Source: a virus (lineage: Duplodnaviria > Heunggongvirae > Uroviricota > Caudoviricetes). Taken from it: a stretch of 41,067 nucleotides of DNA. Shown here one piece after another: positions 40,867 to 41,067 of this stretch; position 1 is the stretch's first letter; the number at the start of each line of letters is the position of its first letter. A program made the position numbers and the translations under genes. The stretch lies in the IMG/VR virus record IMGVR_UViG_2541047898_000010, one strand, 5' to 3'. The notes beneath the pieces are model-generated. The model saw nothing but the letters and a program-made list of their open reading frames with translations. It did no database searches and was not told the DNA's origin.

Positions 40867-41067
40867 ATGCAACACGAACTACAGCCTGATTCACTGGTTG
40901 ATTTGAAATTCATCATGGCCGATACTGGCTTCGGTAAAACCTTCATCTATGACCGGATTAAGTCCGGCGACCTGCCAAAAGCCAAAGTTATCCACGGGCG
41001 AGCAAGATGGTTATATCGTGACCATTGTGAATTCAAAAATAAGCTCTTAAGCCGCGCCAATGGGTAA
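40867..41067 (+). CDS. xis: Excisionase / recombination directionality factor (AlpA/TorI-like)
   Basis: 66 aa MQHELQPDSLVDLKFIMADTGFGKTFIYDRIKSGDLPKAKVIHGRARWLYRDH...; last gene, on same strand as int. Confidence 0.8.
   Translation: MQHELQPDSLVDLKFIMADTGFGKTFIYDRIKSGDLPKAKVIHGRARWLYRDHCEFKNKLLSRANG

Overview
The window is essentially one temperate enterobacterial phage genome (or prophage excerpt) of about 41 kb, running from the start codon of a tyrosine integrase (position 1) to the stop codon of a small TorI/AlpA-type excisionase (41067). All calls rest on reading the supplied ORF translations and the DNA by eye; no searches or folding programs were run, and protein comparisons to lambda, 434, P22, Sf6 and E. 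coli K-12 are from memory. The genome is a mosaic: (i) int followed by a gtrA-gtrB-gtr(type) O-antigen glucosylation cassette; (ii) a P22/Sf6-like tailspike with conserved head-binding N-terminus; (iii) an immI-like accessory region with mnt, an arc-like gene, two antirepressor-like genes, a second LexA/cI-like repressor and an AT-rich membrane protein; (iv) a P22/Sf6-type virion module on the minus strand (ejection proteins, tail needle, gp10/gp4-like, coat, scaffold, portal, TerL, TerS); (v) a lambda-type lysis and late-control module (Rha, Rz/Rz1, R, S, PR'/tR', Q); (vi) a nin region with rusA, ninB/E/F/H and an adenine methyltransferase; (vii) P22-type replication genes (DnaB-like helicase, O-like initiator with ori iterons); (viii) an immunity region carrying phage 434-type cI and cro with recognisable OR and OL operators, lambda-like cII, nutR, nutL and N; (ix) a PL-operon accessory arm (ral, cIII, kil, erf, SSB-like, abc2, Ea22-like, DUF551). 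No CRISPR array, rRNA or convincing intact tRNA gene was seen, and no att core or host flank could be identified inside the window. The most interesting candidates for undescribed biology are the second repressor (catalytic Ser apparently replaced by Ala) placed divergently to an arc-ant-ant operon, the displaced orphan mnt next to the tailspike, a secreted protein gene in the rex slot co-transcribed with cI, and several AT-rich morons.
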